Counted from the stretch's first letter, positions 49,332 through 63,190 are shown. The stretch is DNA of 64,000 nt from Mobula hypostoma (GCF_963921235.1 NC_086098.1:2046001-2110000), one strand, 5' to 3'. Translations and numbers: made by a program. Notes: generated by a model from the letters alone, not told the origin.

Positions 49332-49334
49332 AGT
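49299..49334 (+). ncRNA. Minimal type-I hammerhead ribozyme motif; consensus core, 3' strand of stem I truncated by the element end
   Basis: AGTC-CTGACGA-AGGGTCTCGGCCC-GAAA-CG-TC, then GA running into the TSD. Confidence 0.8.
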
Positions 49335-50546
49335 GTATGGTTACACACTTTTGTAGAAAAAATAAAAGGATAGGCTATATTCTAAATGAGCAGAAAATTT
49401 TAAAGATCTGAGGTGCAGCCAGACTTGGGAGTCCTCATGCAGGATCCCCTAAAGACTAATTTGCAGGCTGAATCTGTGGTGAGGAAGGCAAATACAATGT
49501 TAGCATTCATTTTGAGAGGACGAGAATATATAAGCAAGGATGCAATAATAAGACTTTATAGGCACTGGTGAGGCCTCACTTGGAATATTGTGAGCAGCTT
49601 GGGACCCTTAGTTAAGAAAGGATGTGCTGAAACTGGAGAGGGTTCGGAGGAGGTTAACAAGAATGAAAGGGTTAACTATGAGGAACAGTGAATGGCTCTG
49701 GGTGTGAACTCGCTAGAATTTAGATGAATGAGGGGAGATACCATTGGAACTATAGAACGTTGAAAGGCCTCCATAGAGTGGCGGGGAGGTGGAGAGGATA
49801 TTTCCAATGTGTGAGTATCTAAATCCAGAGGGCACAGCCTCAGAATAGAGGAACATCCCTTTAGAACGGAGATGAGGGAAAAATTCTTTAGACAGAGGGT
49901 GGGAATCTGTGAAATTCACTGCTTCAGAGGCTGTGTAGGCCATGTCATTGGGTGTATTTAAGGTGGAGGTTGATAGATTCTTGATTTGTCAGGGCATGAA
50001 AGGGCAGGAGAATGACATGAGAAGGAAAATAGATCAGCCATGGTGAAATGGTGGAACAGATTTGAAGGGCCGAATGGTTTAATTCTGCTCCTATACCTGA
50101 TGGTCAAACGGACATCTGGTTTAGGATTAGCAAGTTGTGGGCACTGGAATAATGACACTTGAAGCCTGCTCCTAGTACACCCTCGGTCTGTGTTGATTAT
50201 TGATGAAAACAACATTTTTCGCTGTATGTAGTGAAGTTTCAATGTACATATATGGAAGCAGGAATAGAAAACCTTACAAAAAGTGGTGGACATAGCCCAG
50301 TCCATCACAGGCATAGCCCTTCCCACCACTGAGGACGTCTACAAGGATTGCTGTCACAAGAAAGCAGCATCCATCATCACGGACCTGCACATGCTCTACT
50401 CTTGCCCCCTGCAATCCTGTAAGAATTCCATTATACTTCGGTGATAAAGATTCACTCTATTAACCTGCCATCAACAATTTCAACAATTAATGACCAACAA
50501 ATGTCTTGGAGCAATGATGGGAGAGCAAAGCACCAGCAGTTTAATT

Positions 50547-50730
50547 ACAAACATGAGAAAATTTGCAGATGTTGAAAATCCAAGCGACACATGCATAATG
50601 CTGGAGGAACTCAGCAGGCCAGAGAGGATATATGGAAAAAGCTGAAGTGTTTCAGCCCGAAATGTCGACTGTACTCTTTTCCATAGAAGCTGCCTGCCCT
50701 GCTGGGTTCCTCCAGCATTTTGTGTGTGTA
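50547..50730. mobile_element. Fold-back Penelope-like mini-insertion
   Basis: ATGCTGGAGGAACTCAGCAGG / CCTGCTGGGTTCCTCCAGCAT arms; CCCGAAATGTCGACTG half-ribozyme; TSD ACCAGCA(G/A)TTTAATT at 50532-50546 and 50731-50745. Confidence 0.85.
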
Positions 50731-50940
50731 ACCAGCAATTTAATTCTGAGGTTTAAATAATGTCTATAAAAATGGTTAGCTTTATTTTTAGGATGTGTAC
50801 TTTCACCTGAACCACCGTGATTAGATTTCTGCCTTCTAATCACTCCTGGATATTGATTAATCTGTAGTTAAATGTCAGGAGTTGGCATGTGGATTACAGG
50901 ACTTTTTCTCAGATCAGTAGATTTTGAGTTTGGGTTTTCA

Positions 50941-51861
50941 TACACTCAGTGGCCACTTTATTAGGTACAACTGTCCACCTGTTTGTTACTACAAATATTT
51001 GATCAGCCAACCCTGTGGCAGCAACTCAATGCAGGCACGGTCAAGAGGTTCAGTTAATGTTCAGAGTAAACATCAGAATGGGGAAGAAATGTGATCTAAG
51101 TGACATTGACCGTGGAATGTTTGTTACTGCCAAGCCTTAGTGTGTTGTGTTTCATTTTGGTAGGTCAAATCTGAAGACAGAGTATAGTATTAATGATAAG
51201 ACTCTTGGCAGTGTGGAGGATCAGAGAGGTCTTGGGGTCTGTGTTCACAGGATACTCAAAGCTGCTGTGCAGGTCGACAGTGTTGTTAAGAAGGCGTCTG
51301 GTGTGTTGGCCTTCATCAACCGTGGGACTGAGTTCAAGAGCCGTGAGGTAATGTTGCAGCTATATAAGACCTTAGTTAGACCCCACTTGGACTACTGTGT
51401 TCAGTACTCATCACCTCACCACAGGAAGGGTATGGATACTACAGAGAGTGCAGAGGAAATTTACAAGGGTTTTGCCTGGATTGGAGGGCGTACCTTATGA
51501 GAATAGGTTGAGTAAACTTGGCCTTTATCCTTGGAGCGACGGAGTATGAGAGGTGTCCTGATAAAGGTGTATAAGATGATGGTGGAGGTGGATACAATAG
51601 TGTTTTTAAAGAGACTCTTAGATAGGGACATGGAGCTTAGAAAAATAGAGGGCTATGTGGTAGGGAAATTCTAGACAGTTTCTAGAGTAGGTTACATGAT
51701 CGGCACAACATTGTGGGCCGAAGGGCCTGCAATGTGCTGTTGGTTTCTATGTTTTATGTTCTATGGATGCACCACATGTCTAACCTTGAAGTGGATGGGG
51801 TACAGAAGCAGAAGATCACGAGCATACTGGAGGTACAGAGTAAATTGGCCCTTGAGTGTAT
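50941..51861 (+). mobile_element. Tc1-type non-autonomous element interrupted by a CR1 relic (~51145-51765)
   Basis: TACACTCAGTGGCCACTTTATTAGGTAC left TIR, MGKKCDL start, decayed right TIR TTGGCCCTTGAGTGTA; CR1 RPHLDYCVQ inside. Confidence 0.75.
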
Positions 51862-52709
51862 ATCAGTGAAATGACACATGCTGTAACACCATTGAAACAT
51901 AAGTGGGATGCAGAGTGGAGGTCTGGGTTGAGTGTTTGTGGAATCCTAGGAAAATCTGTGAAGTGATTCTGTTGAGATTTCCAAACCGAAGAAGTTTAAA
52001 ATTGAATCAGGGTTGACAACTGATCAATGTGACAGCAATTTGCATCCCAAGAGGGAAGTTATATAGTTCAGACTATTTCAAGTTTATTTGCACATGATTG
52101 TACATCATACAACCAAATGAAACAATTTTCTCTGGACCACAAAACATATATCACACACAACATGGAAAACAAAATATTACCACAGATACGTTAGTCAAGT
52201 ATAATTCAAAGTGCATATAATGTGTTGCACAGGTAAACAGTAAACACTGTCCTGGTGGCAAGACCTCAGTGGTGGCAGGGTATTCATTAGTCTCACAGCC
52301 TGAGGGAAGACACTGTTCCCCAGTCCGACAGTCCTAATCCTGATGATCCAATACCTCCTTCCTGATGGTAGTGGATCAAAGAGATTGTGGGATGGGTGGT
52401 CGGGATCCTCAACAATGTTTTGGGTCCTTTGTCTACGGTGCTCCCAGTAAATGTCACAAATGGTGGAAGGGAGATCCTGTTGATCCGCTTTTTCCTATCC
52501 CATTTTATCTAGCATCTGATGGACAGCATACCTGGGCTTTGCCTTGGAGATACCTCACATCTTTCAAGACTGAAGAAAACACAATCACTGAGGGATCTAT
52601 TTCCACAAATCCGGTGCCTGTCTGTTCTCTGCAGTGAATTGAGGTGTTATTTTGTGCCTTTGTCTCTGGTTAATCAAATGATCAATGAATGAATGAATTA
52701 ATTACTTGA

Positions 52710-53030
52710 CAGACGTGCTAAACCAGGTGAAGGTAGCTGACAGGTCTCACAGCCTGGTGAGACTGGGATATGCCTGTCCCAGCATGTGAAATCAACTCCA
52801 GCAGAGCAGATGGATGAGATCAACAGAGAGATCCAATGGCCAGAAAGGTGCTTCATGGAGAGTGGATGGCATTGCAAGGCACATTGCAACTAAGGAAGAC
52901 CCTAATTGTGACGAGTACTAGTAGCAATGCACCCTGACTTCTGAGTTAAGGGAATGGAACTGCCCCAGTGCAACAGCTTTTCCACTTTTAAAACTCTCCC
53001 TCACAGGTCTCCTGTCATTGTCAGGCACAC
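52710..53030 (+). mobile_element. Unclassified repeat (possible RTE 5'-derived), same family as 1-200
   Basis: Shared blocks with 1-200; CAACAGCTTTTCCACTTTAAAA. Confidence 0.45.
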
Positions 53031-53444
53031 GGACAACTAACATAACTAATTAAGGGCTTTCGTTAGGCTAAAACAACAAGTTTCTGGTCTATATTATCTT
53101 CACAGTAAAGCTTGTTTCACTCTGGCACTGTTATTAGTACGAAGCACTTATGTGAATATTAAAATAACCCCATTTATTTTCATTTCTTCACAAGAATTGA
53201 AATAATTTGATAGGCTAATAAATTAAAGAAAAGACAAATTCCATGTTAAATTATTAAAACTGGTCTGTAATGTGGTGGTGACAGAGAGGAATTAATATGT
53301 AGGGTACAAAGTCTTTGACAAATGTTAATTTGCCTGTAGTCTCCATAGAGCCTGTTCGAGTGTTTGCAGATTTCTCTCTGTTAGTTATTGAAGATGATAT
53401 ACTGCTCTGAAACGTTTCCACTAATTATATTAACAATATCATTT

Positions 53445-53770
53445 TAAGGTGATTGGAGGAAAGTATAGGGGGATGTCAGAATGAGAGGAGATTTGATGGG
53501 TTAAGGGTGAAAGGTGAAAAGTTTAAGGCGAACATGAGGGGGAACTTCACTCAGAGGCTCGTGAGAGTGTGGAATGAGTTGCCAGCACAAGTGGTACATG
53601 CAAGCTCGATTTCAGCATTTAAGAGAAATTTGGATAGTTACTTGGATGGTAGGAGTATGGAGGGCGGTTGTCCTGGTGCAGGTCAATGAGAATAGGCAGT
53701 TTAAGTGGTTCAGCAAGGACTAGATGGTCCAAAGGGCCAGTTTCTGGGTTGTACTTTTCAATGACTCTAT
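53445..53770 (+). mobile_element. CR1 3' relic
   Basis: GEKFKANMRGNFTQRLVRVWNELP. Confidence 0.8.
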
Positions 53771-53910
53771 TTCTGGTCTTCTGGTCTAAAATCAGCACAA
53801 GGATATCTGTAAAAAGTAAATTTGTTCGATACCCAGGAACATCATGCATATTCTGTATGAAGAGCACGAATGCCAGAATCAGAATTGGTTATCTATCACC
53901 AACATGTGTG

Positions 53911-54498
53911 GTGAGCCGTCTCTATTTCCTGAGGAGACTGAGGTCCTTTAACATCTGTCGGACGATGCTGAGGATGTTCTACGAGTCTGTGGTGGCCAGT
54001 GCTATCATGTTTGCTGTTGTGTGCTGGGGCAGCAGGCTGAGGGTAGCAGACACCAACAGAATCAACAAACTCATTCGTAAGGCCAGTGATGTTGTGGGGA
54101 TGGAACTGGACTCTCTGACGGTGGTGTCTGAAAAGAGGATGCTGTCTAAGTTGCATGCCATCTTGGTCAATGTCTCCCATCCACTACATAATGTACTGGG
54201 TGGGCACAGGAGTACATTCAGCCAGAGACTCATTCCACCGAGATGCAACACAGAGCGTCATAGGAAGTCATTCCTGCCTGTGGCCATCAAACTTTACAAC
54301 TCCTCCCTTGGAGGGTCAGACACCCTGAGACAATAGGCTGGTCCTGGACTTATTTCATAATTTACTGGCTTAATTTACATATTACTATTTAACTATTTAT
54401 GGTTCTATTACTATTTAATTATTTATGGAGCAACTGTAACGAAAACCGATTTCCCCCGGGATCAATTAAGTATGACTATGACTATGAGTATGACTATG
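53911..54498 (+). mobile_element. Young Rex1/Babar 3' fragment of a distinct subfamily with a (TATGAC)n tail
   Basis: Open frame SRLYFLRRLRSFNICRTMLRMFYESVVASAIMFAVVCWG..HPLH..RKSFLPVAIKLYNSS* to 54336. Confidence 0.9.
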
Positions 54499-54996
54499 AA
54501 ATTCCTTGTTTTCTGGTAGCAGTACAATGCAAGACATAAAATTAACTATAAGTTACGATAAGAAATATGTGAAAAAATAAATAAATAGTGCAAAAACAGA
54601 ACAAAGCAGTGAGGAAATGTTCTTGGGTTCATGAGCCGGTCAGAATCAGATGGATTCAATAAGATCTCGAATCATTCAGAAAATACCAAAAAGCCAGAAA
54701 GTACACAAAAATCCCTCAAAACGTAACTGGATCTCCACAATATTGTAATGAGCGACATCAAAAGCATACACTCAGGGACGACTTTAGTAGAGACACCTGT
54801 ATACCTGCTCGTTTATGGAAGTATCTAATCAGTCAATCATGTTCCAAGTAAGCTAATTATGAAAGTACACAAGCTACAACCCTGAGATTCATTTTCTTGT
54901 GGGCATTCACAGTCAATACAAAAAACACAATAGAATCAATGGATGAGCACACAACCAATGTGCAACAAACAACAACAAACTGTGTAAGATTAAAAG

Positions 54997-57030
54997 AGAA
55001 TCAGAATCGGGTTTATTATCACCGGCATGTGACATGAAATTTGTTAACTTAGCAGCAGCAGTTCAAAGTAATACATAATATAGTAAAAACACAAAATAGA
55101 ATAATAATAATAAATAAAATATTAAAAAATAAATAAACAAGTAAATCAAACGTACAAAAAACAAAAATACTGTATATTAAAAAAAAGTGAGGTAGTGTCC
55201 AAAATCGGATGGCGGAGGGGAAGAAGCTGTTCCTGAATCGCTGAGTGTGTGCCTTCAGGCTTCTGTATCTCCTACCTGATGGTAACAGTGAGAAAAGGGC
55301 ATGCCCTGGGTGCTGGAGGTCCTTAATAATGGACACTGCCTTTCTGAGACATTGCACCTTGAAGATGTCCTGGGTACTTTGTACTCTAGTACCCAAGATG
55401 GAGCTGACTAAATTTACAACCCTCTGCAGCTTCTTTCAGTCCTGTACAGTAGCTGCCCCCCACCCCCATACCAGACAGTGATGCAGCCTGTCAGAATGCT
55501 CTCCATGGTACAACTATAGAAGTTTTTGAGCGTATTTGTTGACATGCCAAATTTCTTCAAATTCCTACTGAAGTATAGCCACTGTCTTGCCTTCTTTATA
55601 ACTACATTGATATGTTGGGACCAGTTTAAATTCTCAGAGATCTTGAGACCCAGGAACTTGAAACTGCTCACTCTCTCCACTTCTGACCCCTCTATGAAGA
55701 TTGGTATGTGTTCCTTCGTCTTACCCTTCCTGAAGTCTACAATCAGCTCTTTCATCTTACTGACGTTGAGTGCCAGGTTGTTGCTGTGGCACCATTCCAC
55801 TAGTTGGCATATCTCACTCCTGTACGCCCTCTCGTCATCACCTGAGTTTCTACCAACGATGGGTGTATATCAGCAAATTTATAGATAGTATTCGATCTAT
55901 GCATAGCAACACAGTCTTGTGTATACAGAGAGTAGAGCAGTGGGCTAAGCACACACCCCTGAGGTGCACCAGTGTTGGTTGTCAGCGAGGAGGGTATGTT
56001 ATCACCAATCTGCTCAGATTGTGGTCTTCCAGTTGGGAAGTCGAGGATCCAATTGCAGAGGGAGGTACAGAGGCCCCGGTTCTGCAACTTCTCAGTCAGG
56101 ATTGTGGGAGTGATGGTATTAAATGCTGAGCTACAGTTGATGAACAGCCCCCTGACATAGGTGTTTGTATTGTCCAGGAGGTCTAAAACCATATTGAGAG
56201 CCATTGAGATTGTGTCTGCCATTGACCCGTTGTGGGGATAGGCAAATTGCAATGGGTCCAGGTCCTTGCTGAGGCAGGAGTCAGTCTAGTCATGGCCAAA
56301 CTCTCAAAGCATTTCATCACTGTCGATATGAGTACTACCGGGCAATAGTCATTAAGGCAGCCCACATTATCCTTCTTAAGCATTGGTATAATTGTTGCCT
56401 TTTTGAAGCAAGTGAGAACTTCTGCCGTAGCAGTGAGATGTTGAAAATGTCCTTGAATACTCCCGCTAGTTGGTTGTCACAGGTTTTCAGAGCCTTACCA
56501 GGTACTCCATCGGGACCTTCCGCCTTGTGAGGGTTCACTCTCTTCAAAGACAGTCTAACATCGGTCTCTGAGACAGAGATCACAGGGTCATCAGGTGCAG
56601 CAGGGATCTTCACAGCTGTAGTTGTGTTCTCCCTTTCAAAGCCGGCATAGGAGGCATTGAGTTCATCTGGTAGTGAAGCATTGCTGCCATTCATGCTACT
56701 GGGGTTCGCTTTGTAGGAAGTAATGCATTGCAGACCCTGCCAGAGTTGTCGTGAATCTGATGTCGCCTTCAATCTTGTTCGAAATTGTCTCCTTGCCCTT
56801 GAAATAGTCCTCCACAAATCATACCTGGTTTTCTGGTGCAGGCCTGGGTTGTCAGACTTGAATGCCACAGAGCTAGCCTTCAACAGACGATATACCTCCT
56901 GGGTGAACCACGGCTTTTGGTTTGGGAATGTAGAGTAGGACTTTGTAGGCACACACTCATCCACACAGGTTTTAATGAAGTCAGTTACAACTGCAGCATA
57001 CTCATCCAGATTCAAAGATGAATCTCTGAA
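54997..57030 (-). mobile_element. Rex1/Babar LINE, ~2 kb, same family as 36405-38440
   Basis: [40 protein letters not shown] and FKFLG motifs; AGAATC repeats at the left end. Confidence 0.92.
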
Positions 57031-58000
57031 TAGAGAAACAATAAATATTATGATGAAGATGAGATGAAGAATCCTTGGAAGTGAGTCCATAGTTCGCGGG
57101 AATAGATGGGTGAGTGAAATTGAGTGACGTTATCCCCTCTGGTTCAAGAGCCTGGTGAATGAGGGATAACAACAGTTCCTGTACCTGGTGGTGTGACCCC
57201 TGAGGCTCTTTTACTTTCCTCCTAATGGCAGCAGCAAGAACAGAACATATTCTGGGTGGTAGGGGTCCTTGACGATAGAAGCTTTTTCCCTGAGACCGCA
57301 CTCCGTGTAGATGTGCTCAATGGAGGAGAGGGCTTTAGTTATTATGGACTGGGCCATATCTACTACATTTCGTAGGCTTTTCCATAAAATGTCATTGGTG
57401 TTTCCATACCAGGCAGTGATGCAACCAGTCAATATACTCTCCACCAAACACCTATAGAGGTTTGTCAAAATTTTGGATGGCGTGCCAAATCTTCACAAAG
57501 ATTTAAGAAAGTAGAGGCACTGCTGTGCTTTCTTTGTAAAGATACTTATGCGCTGGATCCAGCACAGATCATCTAAAATGATAATACCAAAAAATTTATA
57601 GTCGATAACACTATTCTTTGCATTTCTGGTTGGATGTTAACTGCATTTCATTGGCTTTGTACCTGTACTCGGCACAATGACAATAAAGTTGAATCTAATC
57701 TCATCTAATCTAATCTAATCTTCACCTACGATGCCCTGATGAGGACTAATTTATGGACAACCGGTTTCCTCCTCCTGAAATCAAAAATCATTTCCTTCAA
57801 GTTGCTGACATTGAGTGAGAGGTTGTTGTTGTGGCACCACTCAGCCAGATTTTTAATTTCCTTCCTAAACGCTGATTCGTCACCACCTCTGATTAGGCCT
57901 ATGGCAGTGGTGTCATTGGCAAACTTAAATATGACATGCGCTGAGTTACACAGTCATGCGTATAAAACAAGTTGATCAGGGGCTAAACACACAGCCTTCT
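57031..58000 (-). mobile_element. Older Rex1 RT C-terminal relic(s)
   Basis: NLYRCLVESILTGCITAWYGN. Confidence 0.8.
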
Positions 58001-58074
58001 GGCAGCATCTCAATGTATAAAAGCATGCAGACATGGCCAAGAGGTTCAGTTGTTGTTAAACCAAACATCAGAAT

Positions 58075-60210
58075 AAGACCATAAGATAACATAACATAGG
58101 AGAAGAATTAGGCCATTTAGCCCATCAAATCTGCTCTGCTATTCTATTATGACTAATTCATTATCCGTCTCAAACTCATTCTCATCTCTTATCCCCATAA
58201 CCTTAGACAAATTGGAAGAATGGGCAGAAAAGTGGCAGATGGAATATAGTGCTTGGAAATGTATGATAATACATTTTGGTAAAAGGAACAATAGTGCGGA
58301 CTGTTATCTAAATGGGGATAAGGTTCAAACATCAGCAGTGTAGAGAGACTTAGGAGTCCTTGTGCAAGACTCTCATAAAGTTAATTTACAGGTTGAGTCT
58401 GTGGTAAAGAAGATAAATGCAATGTTGGCATTTATTACAAGGGGAGTAGAATATAAAAGCAAAGAAATAATGCTGTGCCTTCATGAGACACTAGTCAGAC
58501 AGCACTTGGAGAATTGTCAACAGTTTTGGGCCCCATATCTCAGAAAAGATGTGTTGTCATTGGAGAGAGTCCAGAGGAGGTTCACGAGGATGATTCTGGG
58601 AATGAAGGGGTTAACATATGAGAAGCGCTTGGCAGCTTTGGGCCTGAACTCACTGGAATTTAGAAGACTAGACAGAAACATAGAAACATAGTAAACCTAC
58701 AGCACAATACAGGCCCTTCGGCCCACAATGCTTTACCAAAGATGTACTTACTTTAGAAATTACCTAGGGTTACCCATAACCCTCTATTTTTCTAAGTTCC
58801 ATGTACCTATCCAGGAGTCTCTTAAAAGACCCTATTGTATCTGCCTCCACCACCGTTGTCTGCAGCCCATTCCACGCTCTCACCACTCTGCGTCAAAAAC
58901 TTACCCCTGACATCCCGTCTGTACGTACTTCCAAGCACCTTAAAACTGTGCCCTCTCGTGCTAGCCATTTCAGCCCTGGGGAAATGCATGGGGCTGTCAT
59001 TGAAATATTGAAAGGACTAGATAGGGTTGATGTGGAGAGGATGTTTCCTGTGATGGGGGTATCCAGAACTAGAGGGAACAGCATCAAAGTTGAGCGGTGA
59101 CCTTTTAGAACAGAGGAAAGGTGGAATTTTTTTAGCCAGAGTTGCGAATCTGTGGAATGCTGTGCCACAGACAGCTGTGGAGCACAAGACAAGATATATT
59201 TAAAGTGAAAATTGATAGTTTTCTTATTGGTCAGGACATCAAACGTTATGGCAAGAGGCAGGTGTATGGGTTTGAGTGGGATCTGGGATCAGCCTTAGTG
59301 GAATGGTGGTGCAAACTCAATGGGTTGAATGGCTTTATTTTGCTCCTAAGTCCTATGGTCTAAGGAATAAATGTGTGGTCTGCTTTCTAAATGGGAAGAA
59401 AATTCATAAATCAGAGGTGCAGAGGGACCTTGGTGTCCTGTGCAGGATTCCCTAAAGATTAATTTGCAGGTTGAGTCAGTGGTAAGGAACGGAAATGCAA
59501 TGTTAGCATTCATTTCAAGAGCACTTCAAGAGAAATAAAAGGAAGGATGTAATGTTGAGGCTTTGTAAGGCATTGATCAGATTGCACTTGGAGTATTTTG
59601 AGCAATATTGGGCCCCCTATCTAAGAAGAGATGTGCTGGTGTTGAAGAGGGTCGGAGGAGCTTCACAGGAATGAAGTGGTTGACATATGAGAAGCATTTG
59701 ATGGGTCTGGGCCTGTCCACACTGGAATTTAGAAAAATGAGAGCGGGGGGGGGGGACTCATTGAAACATTTTGAATATTGAAAGGCCTGGATAGAGAGGA
59801 TATGGAGAGAATGTTTCCTATAGTGGGGGAGTCCAGGACCAGAAGGCATAAACTCAGAACTGAGGGATGTCCATTTGGAACAGAAATGAGGAGCAATTTC
59901 TTTCATAAGAGGGTGGTGAATCTACGGAATTCATTGCAGCACACAGCTGTGGAGGCCAAATCATTCAGTATATTTAAGGCTGAGGTTGATAGGGTCTTGA
60001 TAAATCATAGAGTCTGTAAGATCATAAGACATAGGAGCAGAATTAAACCATTCAACCCATTGAGTCTGCTCCACCATTCTATCATGGCTGATCCCGGATC
60101 CGACTCAAGCCCATACAATGGCCTTCTCACCATATTCTTTGATGCCCTGACCGATCAGGAAACAAGTCATCTTCCACCTTGAATATATCCATGGACTTGG
60201 CCTCCACCTC
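58075..60210. mobile_element. Cluster of CR1 relics (plus 58205-59360 split by minus 58672-58980; plus 59370-60000; minus tails 58075-58200 and 60020-60210)
   Basis: LEEWAEKWQMEY, ERVQRRFTRM and KGLDRVDVERMFP; AGAAACATAG reverse tail. Confidence 0.85.
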
Positions 60211-60214
60211 CAAC

Positions 60215-62930
60215 TAAAAATCCTGTAAATGATATCCACTACCTCTCCACTGTCCACCCTGCTTGTTACTCCCTTGAAGATCTCTAACTGATTTGACAGG
60301 CAAAATTTTTCTTGCAAATGACTTTGACTTCCTTAATCATTGGTCTGCAAGTAACACTAAACCTCATCTTTAATAATAGACTCCAACACTTCCCCAAACA
60401 CTGAGGTTAGGTTAACTGGCCTTTAATTTCCTTTATTTTGCCAGCCTCTCTTCTTGAAGAGTGGAGTGACATTTGCAATCTTCCAGTCCTCTGGGACTAT
60501 GCTAGAATCAAGTTTTCTTGAAAGATCATGACCAATGCATCCATTATCTTTTCAGCAACCTCCTTCAGGATTCTGGGATGTAGTCTGCCTGGGCAGGTGA
60601 CTTATCCACCCTAAGACCTCCGAGTTTGCCTAGCACTCTTTTCTTTTGTAATAGCAATGGCACTCACTCCTGCTCCCTGACACTCACGGACCTCTGGCAC
60701 ACTGCTAGTGCCTTGCATAGTGGAGACTGATGCAAAGAATGTATTAAATTCATCTGGCATTTCTTTGTCTCCCATTACTACCTCACCTGCATCATTTTCC
60801 AGTGGTCCAATATCAATTCTCACCTACCTTTTTTTCTTTATATATCTTTATACAACTGAAAAAACTTTTAGTATCCTGCTTTATATTATTGTCTTGCTTG
60901 CTTCATGTTTTTCCTTGTTATGGCTTTTATAGTTTGGATTTTAAAACTTCCCAATCATCCAAATCCGACTCACTTTTCTACATTATATTCCTTTTCCTGG
61001 CTTTTACGCGGTCCTTAACTTCCTTTGTCAGCCACAGTTGCCTACTAGAACTACTTCTTCTGTGGGACATACCTGTCCTGCAGTTGTGAGCTATTCCCAG
61101 AAACTTCACTCAAATCTGTTCTGCCATCATTCCCGACAATATCCTTCTCCAATCTGCCTGGGCAAGCTCCTCTCTCATGCCTTTGTAATCCCCTTTATCC
61201 CACTGGAATACAAACAATGTGTCTTAAGCTTTTCCCCCTCAAATTGTAGTATGGACTCAATCATATTATGTTCACTGCCTCCTAAGGATTCCTTTACCTT
61301 CATAAAATCTGGATTATTACACAACAGCCAATCTAAGATAGCCTTTCCCTGAGTAGGCTCAAGTAGAAACTGCTCTGGAAGGCCGTCTCGTGTACATTGA
61401 ACAAATTCCCTCTCTTGCGTTCCGACACCAATCTGATTTACCCAAGCCTCTTGCAGATTGTCATCACCCTTACTACATGCACTTTCCAACTCCCTTTGGA
61501 ATCTCAACCTCACATCTTGGCAACCCCACATTTGGAGGACTGTATATGATTCCCATAATTGTTTTGTTTCCCTTGCAGTTTCTTAACTCCACCCACAAAA
61601 AACTGACATTCTCTGACCCATGTCACCTGCTTCTAAAGATATAATTCCATCTCTTATCAACAGAGCCACACCACTGCCTGTGCCTTCCCTCCTGTCCTTT
61701 TGATACAAAATATATCCTTTGATGTTGAGCTCCCAGCTATGATTTTCTTTTAGCCATGACTCAGTGTTGTCATATCACTGTCATATGTCATAATGTCATA
61801 TCGAGCAATCTTTAATTGTGCACGAGTTCGTCCACCTTATTCTGAATACTACAGGAACTTACAGCACCTATAAAAAGTAATAACCCCCCCCAAACATTTT
61901 CATGTTTTATTGTTTTACAGTATTGAATCACACTGGATTTAATTTCTCTATTTCCATTTTGATACCAAAAAGAATTTTTTCTGTAAATCAATGTCAGAAC
62001 AGATGTCTACGAAGTGCATATATTAATCACAAATATAAAACACAAAATAGTTGATTGTATAAGTATTCACCGCCATTAATATGATACACCAAATCATCAC
62101 TAGTGCAGCCAATTGCTTCTCAGCTTCCTTCCTAACTCCCTGTAGTCTGCTTTCAGATGCCCCTCCCTGGATAGATGGTAGTTTGCCTGCCAGGGTCTGC
62201 AATGTTTCTGAACATGTCCACAGAATCACCTATCGGTCTCCCTGACCATAGAGTCCCCTATTACTGCTGCCATCCTCGTCTGTTTCCTACCCTTCTGAGC
62301 CACAAGGCCAGACTCTGTGCCAGAGGCACGACTGCTGATGCTTCCCCCAGGTGGCTCAACTCCCTCAAAAGTACTCAAAATGGAGTAAATTGTTACCAAA
62401 GTATATGACCATGCATTTCCCTGCACTATATTCCACCTGCCACTTCTTTGCCCATTCCCCCAATCTGTCTAAGTCCCTTTGCAGATGCCTTGCTTTCAAA
62501 GCACTAGCTGCCCCTCCCTCTAACATTGTACTTCCCACAAACCTGGCCACAAAGCCATCAATTCCTTTGTCCAAATCATTGTCGTACTGTACAGTGTGAA
62601 AAGTATCAGTCCCTGTTGCACACCCCTAGTCACCAGCAGCCAAACAGAAAAGGCCCACTTCCTTCCCACTGTTTGCCTCCTGCCAGTCGACCAACGCTCT
62701 ATCCATGCTAGTACCTTTCCTGTAATACCATGAGTTCATATTTTGTTAAGTAGCCTCATGAGCAGCACCTTGTCAAAGGGCTTCTTAACATCCAAATAAA
62801 TAACATCCACTGACTCTTGTTCGTCAATCTTGCCTGTTACTTTCTCAAAAAATTCCAACAGGTTTGTCAGGCAAGTCTTGCCCTTTAGAAAACCTTGCTG
62901 ATTTTAGCTTATTTTATTGTGTGCCTGCAA
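60215..62930 (-). mobile_element. Decayed CR1 EN-RT and ORF1 relics
   Basis: EPTQGKAILDW..LGGSEHNMIE, IGPLENDAGE, AAVIGDSMVR (esterase) and LQRDLDRLGEWAKKWQ. Confidence 0.82.
61860..62110 (+). mobile_element. Tc1 (IR/DR-type) terminal fragment
   Basis: TA-CAGCACCTATAAAAAGTAATAACCCCC with an internal direct repeat AAGTATTCACCGCC at ~62061. Confidence 0.6.
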
Positions 62931-62979
62931 GTTATGCATCCAGTGGCAAAGATCATCCAGTTATGGGTGAAAGTGCCTT

Positions 62980-63190
62980 GTTAATGAGAGAAGTCAGAGG
63001 AGAATGGCCAGACTGGTTGAAGCTGACAGGAATATGACAGTAACTCAAATAACCACAGGTTACTATGGTGGTGTGCAGAAGAGCATCTCTGAACACACAA
63101 CACGCTTAACCTTGAAGTTGATGGATTACAACAGCAGAAGACCATGAACATATATTCAGCGGTCATTTTATTAGTTTCAGAAGGTACCAA
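62980..63190 (+). mobile_element. Tc1 transposase fragment
   Basis: Reverse-complement homologue of ~19880-20035 (GAGAATGGCCAGACTGGTT..GTGCAGAAGAGCAT..ACCTTGAAG). Confidence 0.7.

Larger units (their letters stand above)
48465..50105 (+). mobile_element. CR1 RT relic interrupted by a CR1 tail (~48790-49033) and a PLE mini-insertion
   Basis: SCLTNLFEFF and DFQKAFDKMPH; later RPHLEYCEQ; GGGCCGAATGG..ATTCTGCTCCTAT tail. Confidence 0.85.
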
